A stretch of 63,242 bases of DNA, the filler included, from Nemertoderma westbladi (taxonomy: Eukaryota; Animalia; Xenacoelomorpha): assembly GCA_032718475.1 (NCBI GenBank). It is 4 parts of 4 records of this genome, joined end to end, with 100 filler letters (N's around TTAATTAATTAA, not from the genome) between each part and the next. Parts side by side here need not be neighbours in the genome. Positions count along the whole stretch, not along the records: positions 45,286 to 55,966 come from JAUCBJ010003902.1; positions 56,067 to 63,242 come from JAUCBJ010008378.1; 2 more parts are not named here. One strand, written 5' to 3'. The notes under the pieces were generated by a model. That model was given only the letters and a program-made list of their open reading frames with translations, did not search any database and was not told where the DNA came from. Position 1 is the stretch's first letter. Each line of letters opens with the position of its first letter. This document shows, piece by piece, positions 49,645 to 62,570 of this stretch. The position numbers were made by a program, and so were the translations under genes.

Positions 49645-52600
49645 GAGTGGAGCCTTAGGGTTGCCTCCGGTAGAGTGGAACCTTAGGGTGGCCCCAGGTA
49701 CAGTAGAGTGCAACATTAGGGTAGCCTCATATAGAGAGGAGCCTTAGTGTTGCCTCATGTGAAAAGGAGCCTTAGGGTTGCCTCATGTGAAAAGGAGCCT
49801 TAGGGTTGCCTCCAGAAGAGTGGAACCTTAGGGTTGCATCAGGTAGAGAGGAGCCTTAAATTACCTCCAGTAGAGAGGAACCTTAGGGTTGCCTCCGGTT
49901 GAGAGGAGCCTTAAATTACCTCCAGTAGAGAGGAACCTTAGGGTTGACTTCGGTAGAGTGGAACCTTAGGGTAGAGTGGAAACTTAGGGTTGCCTCTGGT
50001 AGAGTGGAACCTTAGAGTTGCCTCCGGTAGAGAGGAACCTTAGGGTAGCCTTCGGTAGAGTGGAAACTTAGGGTTGCCTCTGGTAGAGAGGAACGTTAGG
50101 GTTTCCTCAGGTAGAGAGAAACCTTAGGGTTGCCTCCGGAAGAGAGGAGCCTTAGAATTGCCTCCGATAGAGAGGAACCTTAGGGTTTCCTCCAGTAGAG
50201 AGGAGCCTTCGTTGTGCCTCCATAGAGAGGAACCTTCGGGTTGCCTCTGGTAGAGAGAAGCCTTCGGGTTGCCTCAGGTAGAGAGGAGCCTTAGGGTCGC
50301 CTCCGGGAGAGAGGGGCCTTAGGGTTGCCTCTATTAGAAGGAGCCTTAGGGTGACCTCCAGTAGAGAGGAGCCTTAGGGTTGCCTCAGGTAGAGAGGAAC
50401 CTTAGGGTGGTTTCCGGGAGAGTCGAACCTTAGGGTTGCCTCCAGTAGAGTGGAACCTTAGGGTTGCCTCCAGTAGAGAGGAGCCTTAGGGTTGCCTCAG
50501 GTAGAGAGAAACCTTAGGGTGGTCTCGGGAGAGTCGCACCTTAGGGTGGCCTCCAGTAGAGTGGAACCTTAGGGTTGCCTCCAGTAGAGTGGAACCTTAG
50601 GGTTGCCTCCGGGAGAGAGGAACCTTAGGGTTCCCTCCGGTAGAGAGAAGCCTTCGGGTTGCCTCAGGTAGAGAGGAGGGTGCTCTCCGGTAGAGAGGAG
50701 CCTTCGGGGTGTCTCCAGTAGAGTGGAACCTTAGGGTTGACTCCGGTAGAGAGGGGTCTTAGATTGCCGCCAGTAGAGTGGAGCCTTAGATTGCCTACAG
50801 TAGAGTGGAGCCTTAGGGTTGCCTCCAGTAGAGTGGAACCTTAGGGTTGCCTCCAGTAGAGAGGAGCCTTAGGGTTGCCTCAGGTAGAGAGAAACCTTAG
50901 GGTGGTCTCGGGAGAGTCGCACCTTAGGGTGGCCTCCAGTAGAGTGGAACCTTAGGGTTGCCTCCAGTAGAGTGGAACCTTAGGGTTGCCTCCGGGAGAG
51001 AGGAACCTTAGGGTTCCCTCCGGTAGAGAGAAGCCTTCGGGTTGCCTCAGGTAGAGAGGAGGGTGGTCTCCGGTAGAGAGGAGCCTTCGGGGTGTCTCCA
51101 GTAGAGTGGAACCTTAGGGTTGACTCCGGTAGAGAGGGGTCTTAGATTGCCGCCAGTAGAGTGGAGCCTTAGATTGCCTACAGTAGAGTGGAGCCTTAGG
51201 GTTGCCTCCAGTAGAGTGGAACCTTATGGTTGCCTCCAGTAGAGTGGAACCTTAGGGTTGCCTCCTGGTAGAGTGGAGCCTTAGGGTTGCCTCCGGGAGA
51301 GAGGAACCTTAGGGTTCCCTCCGGTAGAGAGGAGCCTTCGGGGTGTCTCCAGTAGAGTGGAACCTTAGGGTTGCCTCCAGTAGAGTGGAACCTTAGGGTT
51401 GCCTCCGGGAGAGAGGAACCTTAGGGTTCCCTCCGGTAGAGAGAAGCCTTCGGGTTGCCTCAGGTAGAGAGGAGGGTGGTCTCCGGTAGAGAGGAGCCTT
51501 CGGGGTGTCTCCAGTAGAGTGGAACCTTAGGGTTGCCTACAGTAGAGTGGAGCCTTAGGGTTGCCTCCAGTAGAGTGGAACCTTAGGGTTGCCTCTGGTA
51601 GAGTGGAACCTTATGGTTGCCTCAGGTAGAGAGGAGCCTTAGGGTGGTCTCGTAGAGAGGAGCCTTTGGGTCGCCTCCGGTAGAGTGGAACTTTAGATTG
51701 CCTCCAGTAGAGTGGAACCTTAGGGTTGCCTCTGGTAGAGAGGAGCCTTCAGGTTGCCTCCGGTAGAGAGGAACCTTATGGTTGCCTCAGGTAGAGAGGA
51801 GCCTTAGGGTGGTCTCCGGTAGAGAGGAGCCTTAGGGTTGCCTCCGGTAGAGAGGAGCCTTAGGGTTGCCTCCGGTAGAAAGGAACCTTAGGGTTAGCTC
51901 CGGTACAGTGGAACCTTAGGTTTGCCTCCAGTAGAGAGGAACCTTATATTGCTCCAGTAGAGTGGATCCTTTGGGTTGCCTTCGGTAGAGAGAAGCCTTT
52001 GGGTTGCCTCCGGTAGAAAGGAACTTTCGGGTTGCCTCCTGGAGAATGGAGCCTTATGGTTGCCTCCGGTAGAAAGGAACCTTCGGGTTGCCTCTGGTAG
52101 AGTGGAACCTTAGATTGCCTCCGGTAGAGTGGAACCTTAGGGTTGCCTCCGGTAGAGAGGAGCCTTCGGGTTGCCTCCGGTAGACAGGAGCCTGCTTAGG
52201 GTTGCCTCTAGTTGAGTCGAACCTTAGGGTTGCCTCTGGTAGAAAGGAACCTTCGGGTTGCCTCCGGTAGAGAGAAGCCTTCGGGTTACCTCCGGTAGAG
52301 TGGAACCTTAGGTTTGCCTCCAGTAGAGAGGAACCTTAGATTGCCTCCGGTAGAAAGGAGCCTTATATTGCTCCAGTAGAGTGGATCCTTTGGGTTGCCT
52401 CCGGTAGAGAGAAGCCTTTGGGTTGCCTCCGGTAGAAAGGAACTTTCGGGTTGCCTCCTGTAGAGTGGAGCCTTATGGTTGCCTCCGGTAGAAAGGAACC
52501 TTCGGGTTGCCTCTGGTAGAGTGGAGCCTTACATTGCCTACAGTAGAGTGGAGCCTTAGGGTTGCCTCCAGTAGAGTGGAACATTAGGGTTGCCTCTGGT

Positions 52601-53919
52601 AGAGTGGAACCTTATGGTTGCCTCAGGTAGAGAGGAGCCTTAGGGTGGTCTCGTAGAGAGGAGCCTTTGGGTCGCCTCCGGTAGAGTGGAACTTTAGATT
52701 GCCTCCGGTAGAGTGGAACCTTAGGGTTGCCTCCGGTAGAGAGGAGCCTTCGGGTTGCCTCCGGTAGACAGGAGCCTGCTTAGGGTTGCCTCTAGTTGAG
52801 TCGAACCTTAGGGTTGCCTCTGGTAGAAAGGAACCTTCGGGTTGCCTCCGGTAGAGAGAAGCCTTCGGGTTACCTCCGGTAGAGTGGAACCTTAGGTTTG
52901 CCTCCAGTAGAGAGGAACCTTAGATTGCCTCCGGTAGAAAGGAGCCTTATATTGCTCCAGTAGAGTGGATCCTTTGGGTTGCCTCCGGTAGAGAGAAGCC
53001 TTTGGGTTGCCTCCGGTAGAAAGGAACTTTCGGGTTGCCTCCTGTAGAGTGGAGCCTTATGGTTGCCTCCGGTAGAAAGGAACCTTCGGGTTGCCTCTGG
53101 TAGAGTGGAGCCTTACATTGCCTACAGTAGAGTGGAGCCTTAGGGTTGCCTCCAGTAGAGTGGAACATTAGGGTTGCCTCTGGTAGAGTGGAACCTTATG
53201 GTTGCCTCAGGTAGAGAGGAGCCTTAGGGTGGTCTCGTAGAGAGGAGCCTTTGGGTCGCCTCCGGTAGAGTGGAACTTTAGATTGCCTCCAGTAGAGTGG
53301 AACCTTAGGGTTGCCTCTGATAGAGAGGAGCCTTCAGGTTGCCTCCGGTAGAGAGGAACCTTATGGTTGCCTCAGGTAGAGAGGAGCCTTAGGGTGGTCT
53401 CCGGTAGAGAGGAGCCTTAGGGTTGCCTCCGGTAGAGAGGAGCCTTAGGGTTGCCTCCGGTAGAAAGGAACCTTAGGGTTACCTCCGGTAGAGTGGAACC
53501 TTAGGTTTGCCTCCGGTAGAGTGGAACCTTAGGGTTGCCTCCGGTAGAGAGGAGCCTTCGGGTTGCCTCCGGTAGAGAGGAGCCTGCTTAGGGTTGCCTC
53601 TAGTAGAGTGGAACCTTAGGGTTGCCTCTGGTAGAACGGAACCTTCGGGTTGCCTCCGGTAGAGTGGAACCTTAGGTTTGCCTCCAGTAGAGAGGAACCT
53701 TAGATTGCCTCCGGTAGAGAGGAGCCTTATATTGCTCCAGTAGAGTGGATCCTTTGGGTTGCCTCCGGTAGAGAAAAGCCTTTGGGTTGCCTCCGGTAGA
53801 AAGGAACTTTCGGGTTGCCTCCTGTAGAGTGGAGCCTTATGGTTGCCTCTGGTAGAAAGGAACCTTCGGGTTGCCTCCGGTAGAGAGGAGCCTTAGATTA
53901 CCTCCTGTAGAGTGGAGCC
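49645..53919 (+). repeat. ~28-bp satellite GGTAGAG(T/A)GGA(A/G)CCTTAGGGTTGCCTCC with higher-order duplications
   Basis: About 150 units. Identical spurious ORFs at 52363 and 52947 (offset 584). Confidence 0.95.
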
Positions 53920-54846
53920 TACGTACGGTTATCTATGTAGCGTCAGTATTAGCTACTGAATTATATTGTCACGAACATTCAAATGGAACTTGGCAAAATA
54001 AGAGGGCCATCACTAAGTAGTTGGTATATAAATCAATTATTTAAAAGTGGAAAATCAATATTGTCTCATATGACATATTAAAGCAATATGTGTGAAGGTA
54101 ATCGATTTCCGTAATGGGAGATTTCAGTGGTACTGTAGTTGTTCGATAGATACTAAACATTGTGGGATATTTCTAATAAAAATACGGTGCTTTGTCATGA
54201 TAATAGTGTAACAGTAATGTACCAATGTCGAAAGCAATGAAATTATTAAAAAGAATGCACCCAAAAAATGTATAAATAAAAGATTATAAACAATGATTTC
54301 ATAAGCAATTTTTCCCAGTCCTACTCCGACAATCATAATGTATCACATTAGCAACGCCACGTTATAAAATTAACAACAACAAACCTCTTATAAAGCCTAG
54401 CATTTTGCCAAATTGCCATTTTGCCTACCCTTTTACCCTGAATATCATTTAATAAGTTTTTATCTAAAAAAAATACCTAAATGCACTGCTTCTCAATTCA
54501 TGGCGGTGAGCCGCCATTTACAAATATATTATATGCATATAATGAACGCTTATGATAAAAGTAACGCATTTATATTTTGCACACATAGAAGGGTCAATAT
54601 TAGTTAAAAATTTAATCTAAATTTAGGATTGAATTCCTTACGAAATGTTGTTGTAACAACTGTAACTATAACATCGCAATACTCATATATCATTCCTTAT
54701 TCAAATAAATTACAATAGCATGGGACAACCATAAATTCGATACTGTAGTACACTGAATTTTATGGATCTGAGGGGATCATACAGTATAATAGTAGATCAT
54801 ATAAGTTTGTACTAATTAATTTGGAAATGTTTTGGAGATATAATCC

Positions 54847-55269
54847 TTATTCAGTTAGTTTCTCCATCCGGACCCATAGATCACCGTCGGGTTTAGTAAC
54901 CAACCCATAAACCCGACCCAACGCACCCTCCCCGGTGTAGTGAACCCGAAATTTACGGAAGATCGCAGCGACGACGCTGATAACCGACGAGTAAGCAAAC
55001 CGGTAACCAGGACAACGACGCCGACCGAATCCGAAGGGTTGAAACGCGTCGAGACCGGATGTACCCTGGTCGGAACGCACCGGTGCGAATCGTCCAGGAT
55101 CGAACCGCTCCGGTTCCGGGAACAGCTCCGAGTCCGCCCACAGTACGCCCTGGGCCTGTATCACCGGGGTTCGTGCAGGAATGTGGAAGTCACCCAGTTC
55201 GATATCTTCGTCTGAGTATCGAGCTGCGAACGGAGCCAATCTGCTACATCGGATAGTCTCGTCGACAAC
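54847..55269 (-). CDS. CYP20A1: Terminal exon of a cytochrome P450, CYP20-like
   Basis: Acceptor CAG at 55270-55272, then VVDETIR (ExxR), PERFDPGRF, heme motif PFGFGRRRCPGYRFAY, and C-terminal VYGLVTKP..LWV as recalled for invertebrate CYP20. Upstream exons not found in the window. Confidence 0.85.
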   Translation of the reverse strand, partial: VVDETIRCSRLAPFAARYSDEDIELGDFHIPARTPVIQAQGVLWADSELFPEPERFDPGRFAPVRSDQGTSGLDAFQPFGFGRRRCPGYRFAYSSVISVVAAIFRKFRVHYTGEGALGRVYGLVTKPDGDLWVRMEKLTE

Positions 55270-55966
55270 CTGCGATTGTTACAGTAGAGAGTAGAATATG
55301 TTAATGTTAGTATTAATAATAAAAGAATGTGCGATGCAGAGGGAAGTGTTATAAATACAGTAAGTTCACCAAAAATACTGTATGCATTGCGTGGTAAATT
55401 TTACCCAAATCGTTAATCTTTGAGCTTTTTATGTTATCAGTCAAAAATTATGATTACAAAGCTAAAATAATATACACTGCAAAAAGTTTGTTGGTATAGA
55501 GTAGGTAACAAAACATTTTATATTAGGCAGATATGAGGAAGGGGGGGGGGGGGGGGGGGGACTTTCGACGCAATAAAATTCATCCTCTCCAGTGGAAAAT
55601 CACTCAAATAACAGCTTATTTTTCCCAACAAATAAAACTGTAACCTGATCTATTAACTTTAGCAACCGGTAATGGCGGTAATCGGCGGAGACACCTTTTT
55701 CAATCGCTTGTAGCAAACGATTGAAACAGAAAATAATAATTCTGCTTTTTTGATAATGAATGTGAACCTACATAATAATGTTGGTGACATGGTGCGGCAA
55801 ATATATTTTATCCATACTGTAACTCATTGATTCATGAAATTTCAGAAATTATAAATCACCTAACGTTCGTTTTTTTGTATTGTTTCATTATGTAGGCCTA
55901 GTCTGAATTCTGCATCATTTCAATTATCTTCTTTTTGATTGCATTGAAGCCAAAGCACTGCGATGT

Positions 55967-56066
55967 NNNNNNNNNNNNNNNNNNNNNNNNNNNNNNNNNN
56001 NNNNNNNNNNTTAATTAATTAANNNNNNNNNNNNNNNNNNNNNNNNNNNNNNNNNNNNNNNNNNNN
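55967..56066. other. Artificial scaffold linker
   Basis: N44-TTAATTAATTAA-N44. Confidence 0.97.
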
Positions 56067-56199
56067 TTAGCATACTACTCCCCTCCCTTCCGTTTCCGTT
56101 GTCCCATTTACTTACTGTATTCGCTACTCCTTGCCGTTGCCCCAAGTACTCTCCGTTCTCTGTTTCTGGGATAATATTGCATCTAATTAATCTGGTTTT

Positions 56200-56460
56200 G
56201 AATTTGAGTCGTGAACCCCATTGCTCAATTTCTTCTTCCAACACAGATCACAATATTATTATATTAACCCCTAAGATGTATCTTCCTTTGGCAAGTTCAT
56301 TATGCATTCCAAGGATGGCAATGTACGGCCAAAGCAAGAAATACATCTTGGGAAGGTATATATTATATTTTATGCGATCAAGAACATAAAGGTTGGAGAA
56401 ATTCTGGCATATGATTATAATGATAGGATATCTTGCTCTGCAGTTGCAGATTTCTGCAAT
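56200..56460 (+). pseudogene. Possible SET-domain C-terminal remnant, interrupted by a 95-bp hairpin insertion (56266-56360)
   Basis: After removing the insert and one TATTATATT copy it reads NLSREPHC-SISSSNTDHNIIIFYAIKNIKVGEILAYDY, compared with the SET consensus NHSCxPNC...IFAxRDIxxGEELTYDY. Confidence 0.45.
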
Positions 56461-56874
56461 GTTTGATTTGTAATCATTGTAGCAGCAAGAAGGTACCTAA
56501 AAGTAAACATGACATTTTGAATAAATCAAACAATAAGATAATTTATTATCTTTTAGGAAGTGTACAAATTACAAAATCTAAGAATAATTACTGAAGTAAT
56601 TAAATAATGTCCATACTGACACAATACTTTTTTATAAAAAATATACCTAATAAAATTAAATGAAACACTAAAAAAATAATTAAATACTGTACTGTAGGCC
56701 TATGTATAAGTTTCATTTGGATTCATTAATTAACTTAATTAATATAAAATATAAAAATGAATAAAATAAAATAAAAAATAAAAATAAACAAAATAATTAA
56801 ATACTGTACTGTAGGCCTATGTATAAGTTTCATTTGGATTCATTAATTTACTTAAAATATAAAAATGAATAAAA

Positions 56875-59734
56875 CGTCCCAAAAGCAGCTAGGGATCTTT
56901 GGGCTGAGGCTGTCAGCAGAATCTGTGTCTCCATAGCCAGGGATTCCATGAACCCAAACTCTTGGACCCATATCTTCCTCCTCCCGCCATGCATCCTAGC
57001 CAACCCCAAAAGAGCAGGTAGATCCCACTGGAAAGATACCGAGAAGTTAGTGAAAGCTAGACTCCGCAAATGGCTCAGTGGAGATATCAGCAGTTTATGG
57101 GAAGATATAATTAACGATTGCCAACGACCCGGCCCCATTAAACACAAATCTACTAAACTTCCCAATCCTGAGTCAGTAAGAGAATCTAATGCTCGTCGAG
57201 CCCGCCAGGCCATGGCCGACGGTCAGTACCGTAAGGCAGCACAGGCCCTTGTTTCTGAGGGACTTGCACAGGCCTCCGAAGAAACATACCAGGACATGCT
57301 CGGGAAGCACCCGCAAGGGCCCCCCCCCCCTCTTCTTCCGACTGGCCCAGTACCCCCACCAGCCTCCTTCAGCCCAGAGGACATTGCTAAGGCTATCAAG
57401 TCTCTTCCCCCTGGCTCAGCCCCTGGCCCTTCAAAGCTCCGCCCCAACCATCTGGAAGAAGCGATATCATCCCCATCGCCAGCCAAGGCCAACCAGGCCC
57501 TTGCTGCTATTTGTGCCATTACAAACCGCATGTCCTCAGGTCAGGTCCCGTCCTCGGTCCTCCCATACCTCTGTGGCGCCTCCCTATTCCCTGCAAAGAA
57601 GAAAGGTGGTGGTCTCTGTCCCATCGCCGTGGGGGAAACCTTGAGGAGGCTAACCTCCAAATGTCATGCAACCACTGTTAACCAGAACGCTTCCAACACC
57701 CTCACCCCCCTCCAGGTTGGTGTCGGTACCCCCATTGGCTGCAAGGCCATAGTCCCAGCCGTCTCCTCTACGCTCGAAGACCACTCCATCCCAGTAGACA
57801 GCAAGTGGGTTCTTCTTGTCAACTTCAGCAACGCTTTTAATTCCATCGACCGCTCACAAATGTTTGCTGAAGTCAGGGAACACTTGCCCTCTCTTTCCGC
57901 ATGGGTGGAGGCATGTTACAGTATCCAGGCTTTACTCTGGCTTGGTGACCAACAAATCTTCAGCTGCTCCGGCGTCCAACAAGGTGATCCTTTGGGCCCC
58001 CTCCTTTTCGCCATAACTTTACATCCAGTGGCCAAGACTATTCGGGCCAATGTCCCTTCTCTTATAATTAATGCATGTTTCTCCATGCAACCCAGTTTAT
58101 AATTTAATTCAATCAGACCATCATGGACCGTATAAATATCAATAGCCCTAATGCTACAATTAATATTATGGACCCACGACAAGGTTGTGGGCGACGGTGG
58201 GGTGGTCGATGCCGAGGACGAGGCTGAGGACGAGGCCGAGGTCCAACACATAATAGATTCCAACCATATCACTATTCAGTTCCCGCAACTCGTAACGATG
58301 GTGCCGCAGGAGAAGGAACACAAAACCGGGCAGGAGAAGAAGGAACACAAAACCGGGCAGGAGAAGAAGGAACACAAGAACCGGGCGGGCCAAGCGGCGG
58401 AGATAAGGAAGGTACCTAATGCGAACTCATAATTAATGCATGGTAGTTGGACGATGGTTCACTGGTTGGCTCCCCAGACGACTTGTCAAAAGCCTTAGCC
58501 ATATTAGAACAGGAAGGCCCCTTGAGACACCTTAAACTCAACCATGCCAAATCCCAAGTCTTCATCCCCGCTGGCTCCTCAGTTCAATCGAATCCACTAC
58601 CACCCTCCATTCCCATCCTCTCCAACGGTCTAACCCTACTTGGCTCCCCGATTGGTTCCTCTCAACACTGTGAGGAGACCATTATGCTAAGAGTAGCCAA
58701 AGTCCGCTCCATCACTGAACGCCTTCCTGACCTTCAGGATTCCCAGATGGAATCTACCCTTCTTCGATCATGCCTTTCTTTACCCAAAGTAGTCTTTGCC
58801 CTCCGCTGCTGTCCCCCATCCATGATTCCGGAATCCTCACTACAGTTCGATCTTGTCATGCAGGATACCATCTCTGATCTGGTTGGGGGCTCCCTAAGTG
58901 ATTGGTCATACAACAAAGCTTGCCTTCCTGTCTTGATGGGTGGTCTGGGCCTTAGAAAAGCCATAAACCATTCCCCGGCCGCATACATTGCTTCTGTCTC
59001 CCAGTCAGAAACCCTGGTCACTAAAATCCTAGGCCACTCCCCAGGTAACCGCCACCTCCCCTGCCACCTCTGCACTAGCCTCCTTATCCGAGAACGCCGA
59101 TAAACCAGATTGGACTTCCTTGGAAGATCTTCCAACACCCATCACCCAACGCAATCTATCCCACTCAGTTGACATCTCCTCCTATGAACGGCTCCTGTCC
59201 TCCGCCCCCGACAATAGATCCCGAACCCTTGAAAGCCCCTGAAAGCCCTTGAAAGCCCCTGAAAGCCCTTGAAAGCCCTGGCGCCCCGGAAAGAAGTCCC
59301 TGGGTTGATTCCTGGCTCCCGCAGCAGACCGGCAGATATCTTCCTCCCCAACTGGAGACGGGGACAGCCCATGGCCCTGGACGTAACGGTGATCTCACCG
59401 CTTCAATCTAGAACCATTAACTGCGCTGCGTCCACCCCAGGCTATGCTTTTACCATTGCATGTGAACGTAAGCTAGCCGCCCACCTCGATGAGTGCCGAT
59501 CCTCAGGCGTGGGCTTCACCCCCTTGGCTCTTGAGGCTCTTGGGGGCTGGGACTCCCACTCCACCTCAATCATCTCCGAGATTGGGCATCTGCAGAGTCT
59601 CCATCGCAGTATCCCTGCCAAAGAAGCCATCAGGCATCTATTCTAGCGCCTGTCAGTGTGTCTGTGGCGAGGAAACGCCGCAATGTGGCTCCGTAGAAGC
59701 TCAAGCCTCCCCCTGGGTAGATGGTATCATGTAA
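56875..59734 (+). mobile_element. Degenerate CRE-like non-LTR retrotransposon (RT + restriction-like endonuclease)
   Basis: SAPGPS, KKGGGLCPIAVGETLRRL, QVGVG, NAFNSIDR, GVQQGDPLGPLLF, W*LDDG, LLGSPIG, GGLGLR. RLE motifs RPADI...LDVTV...FTPLALEALGGW. The zinc-knuckle region is deleted. Confidence 0.88.
58078..58428. mobile_element. 351-bp insertion of unknown origin with a 14-bp flanking duplication
   Basis: ATAATTAATGCATG at 58064-58077 and 58429-58442. Internal 3x27-bp repeat. Confidence 0.75.
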
Positions 59735-60059
59735 TCGTTTTCTTCCCCTAGTATTTATATTGGGTTACCTTGAGAAACACCACCAGTATCGCTTCGCATC
59801 TTCCACACCTGATCTCCGACGAACCTCATCGTATATCCTCAGAAGTTGCGGCAACTGGTTCTGGACACAATATTTATTTATACAGTTTGGATGTTGGAAA
59901 GGATATAGGAGTATCAATGAGATACACAAGGGTGATTGGATCTATGGTACATTATATTGATCATTGCAATGCTTCCCAAGATATACTCCATTAGTTTATG
60001 AAACATTACTTACCAATATAAAATAACTTTATAGACCTTAATTAGTAACAAACAAGATG

Positions 60060-60470
60060 AAAACTTTCAAATAATACATTGGTAGGTATTGCAGAAAGTA
60101 AGCTTGCCTTTTTAACATTTTCATTACAGTTATCCAAAATTTGTTCAATTTGATCAAACCACACACGGGTATCCTTCTCATAGAAAATCGGCAGTTTTAT
60201 AGGCCCACTACTTGTATCTGGATCGGTATGTGCTGATGAAACATTGTGTAACGGTATATTCGACTGAGGTTGAGGGATGTGAACTTGAGTTTGGTGGATA
60301 TGACTGGATATGCCAATTTTACAGCATTTTGGTTTTCCCTTTTTAATATCTCTATTATTTCACTTTTTGTTTTCTTTGATGTATTATCTGGATGGTAATC
60401 TGGATCCCCTTCATTTAAAATCTCCAGTGCCATTTCTAAAGTTGATTTGTTTATGTGATCGTAATTCATT
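60060..60470 (-). pseudogene. Possible Gypsy gag N-terminal remnant
   Basis: Minus-strand translation near 60200-60120 gives IKLPIFYEKDTRVWFDQIEQIL, resembling the gag motif KLPPFWxxDPxxWFxQxE. Confidence 0.4.
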
Positions 60471-61414
60471 TTTCCTTTTTATCTTTGTCAGGTTGTAGGG
60501 CAGTAGGTAGGCAGTTAGGGTAGGTTTCCCAACTGGTGGTAGGCCAGTATGCAGTAGGCAGATTGTTGTATCACAGCCCCTGTCCGTATATATCATAATG
60601 CAACAGAGCAGGCCTATTACAATATCACAATACAGCAATATTACAATCTTATTAGAACCAAAATTTCGCTTTTTTTCGAGTATTTTTTTTTACGGCCTAC
60701 CGGTACTGCAGTAGTTTGGATATTTTATTGAGTCAGTAGGCAGGTAGGCCTAATACCGGGTAGCTATTATACGGTATACGTCACTGTAGCATTCAGTCGT
60801 CTTACCAAACCAGCATACACAATGCAGCAATGTATAATTGTAGTTTTACAGGTTCCGAAGAGAGAGGGCTGTTGCGCTGTCAGTCAGAGAGGTAACAGCC
60901 TGTGGGGTAAGGATTTACCTCTGGGACCTGTATTAGGCAAAATAGCAGTAGCTGTGTAGGCCCACCAGTACTGTGCACGGTACAATACCCGAAATTTAGC
61001 CTACATCTGTAAATAATATACACGGTTTCGCGGTACAAGACCATATAAATTAGACCACCATCTGTAAAATGCTCGTCTGAGTTTAGGAGTTGCACAGATG
61101 TCAGGATGTGCTGATTCTATATCATCCACTAACAAATTCTGGTAGCCTGGAACTTGGAACTAGACCACTACAAAAACTGATGCGACAGAGCGAGGTGCCG
61201 TTAGCCTAACATTTCTCGGAGGCTGGTCTGATAACACTCAACTCATTGTTTGGTTGGACATTGACATTATTGCATTACAGCGTACATTATTACATACTGA
61301 TTAGTATGGATTAAGAAATTGGATATATTTGGACGTCAATGGATGGATAGATTTGGTTTGAGAAACGAATATCATGTAGGCCTACCTAATCATATATTTG
61401 CGATATTATTACTA

Positions 61415-61690
61415 GATCCACTGGCCCCCAGCCACCTTCAACAAACCATCATTGCTGGGGGGCACTCAGCTGAGGGGGCGGTGCGCATTAAAAACTCTTT
61501 TCACCCCGTTGCCTTTGAGACCTTTGGCCGCCCCGGTCCAGAGACATCCACCTTCCTCCGGGAGATCGGGGCTTGTCTCTACAGTGCCACCCACGAACCG
61601 TGGTCACACCAGTTTCTGCTCCAGTGCCTGGAGATGGCAATTTTGGTTGGTAATGCAGCCTCAGTCATTGGGACAGCAACCACGCCGCCA
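61415..61690 (+). mobile_element. 3' fragment (RLE C-terminus) of another CRE-like retrotransposon
   Basis: LAPSHL...FHPVAFETFGRPG...FLREIG...FLLQCLEMAILVGNAASVIGT. Confidence 0.75.
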
Positions 61691-62394
61691 TCGGTCTATT
61701 CGGGGACTGAAGAGCCGAAACCAATTGAAACTGTCGAAATGGTTGCCAATGGAGTCACCAACGGGATGACGGCCGAAGATATTCAATACTCTATCTTATG
61801 CAATCTCCAATATTCAATTCGGTACTGTACCTTCAATTCAATATTCAATCTTAGTATTATTTCTGTGCTTCGTTATTTAATAATGTGATTAGATAAAAAA
61901 AATAAATTAATGAAATATAATTCATCTGTTAATTATTACAAAAAAAAATCCAAAATTATATTAACATTTATATAGTTTTAATTTAAATGTTTCGAAATCA
62001 ACAGTCATTCAATGAACTTATACAGCAGTGTCATATATCGCGTATCCCTTGGTTTAATCACTATTCTTTATTCAAGTATAACTGAATCCTGGCCCGCCGC
62101 CTTCACCCTCCTCTGATAATTGAAAATCTTAACTCATTCAATCTTTGACTAAATTATACCAAACTTGGTAAACATGTAATCTTGTCTATCGGCTAAAATA
62201 AACACAACTTGCTATAATTTCCCCTATAATGTTGTTTCCAGGATACAGTTTTATTTTAGTACAGTCCCGCTCACCAACAGAGTGCCATCGGATCCGATCG
62301 GATCCAACACACTCCGACAGCTTCAAACAAGCACAATGCTAACCTACGGGGATTTAGTACTGTTTGATTCTGTTGGAGAAAATATTTCCAACAA

Positions 62395-62570
62395 GTTTAG
62401 TCTGTTGGAGCCCATCTGAATCTGTCTGAAATCCGTCTGAAAGTGTTTGAAATTTCTGTTGGATGTTGTTGGAAGCTATCTGAAGTTGTCTGAAGCTGTT
62501 TGAAATTGTCTGAAACTGTTGGAAGTTGTCTGAAGATGTTTGACGCCATCGGAATTTGTTGGAATTTGCC
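62395..62570. repeat. Degenerate ~10-bp minisatellite (TGTCTGAA / TGTTGGAA)
   Basis: Directly visible. Confidence 0.7.

Noticed and set aside
46492-53168. ORFs such as MSGSFFNFF... and MFHSTGGNPK...
   Set aside because: These are satellite translations.
49515-53950. The 28-bp satellite as the interior of a hAT MITE starting CATTGGCGTCGCG
   Set aside because: The right-hand match is weak and there is no 8-bp TSD.
56660-56875. 118-bp-period AT-rich duplication before the CRE-like element as its TSD
   Set aside because: Both copies are on the same side of the element, so it is a local tandem duplication.
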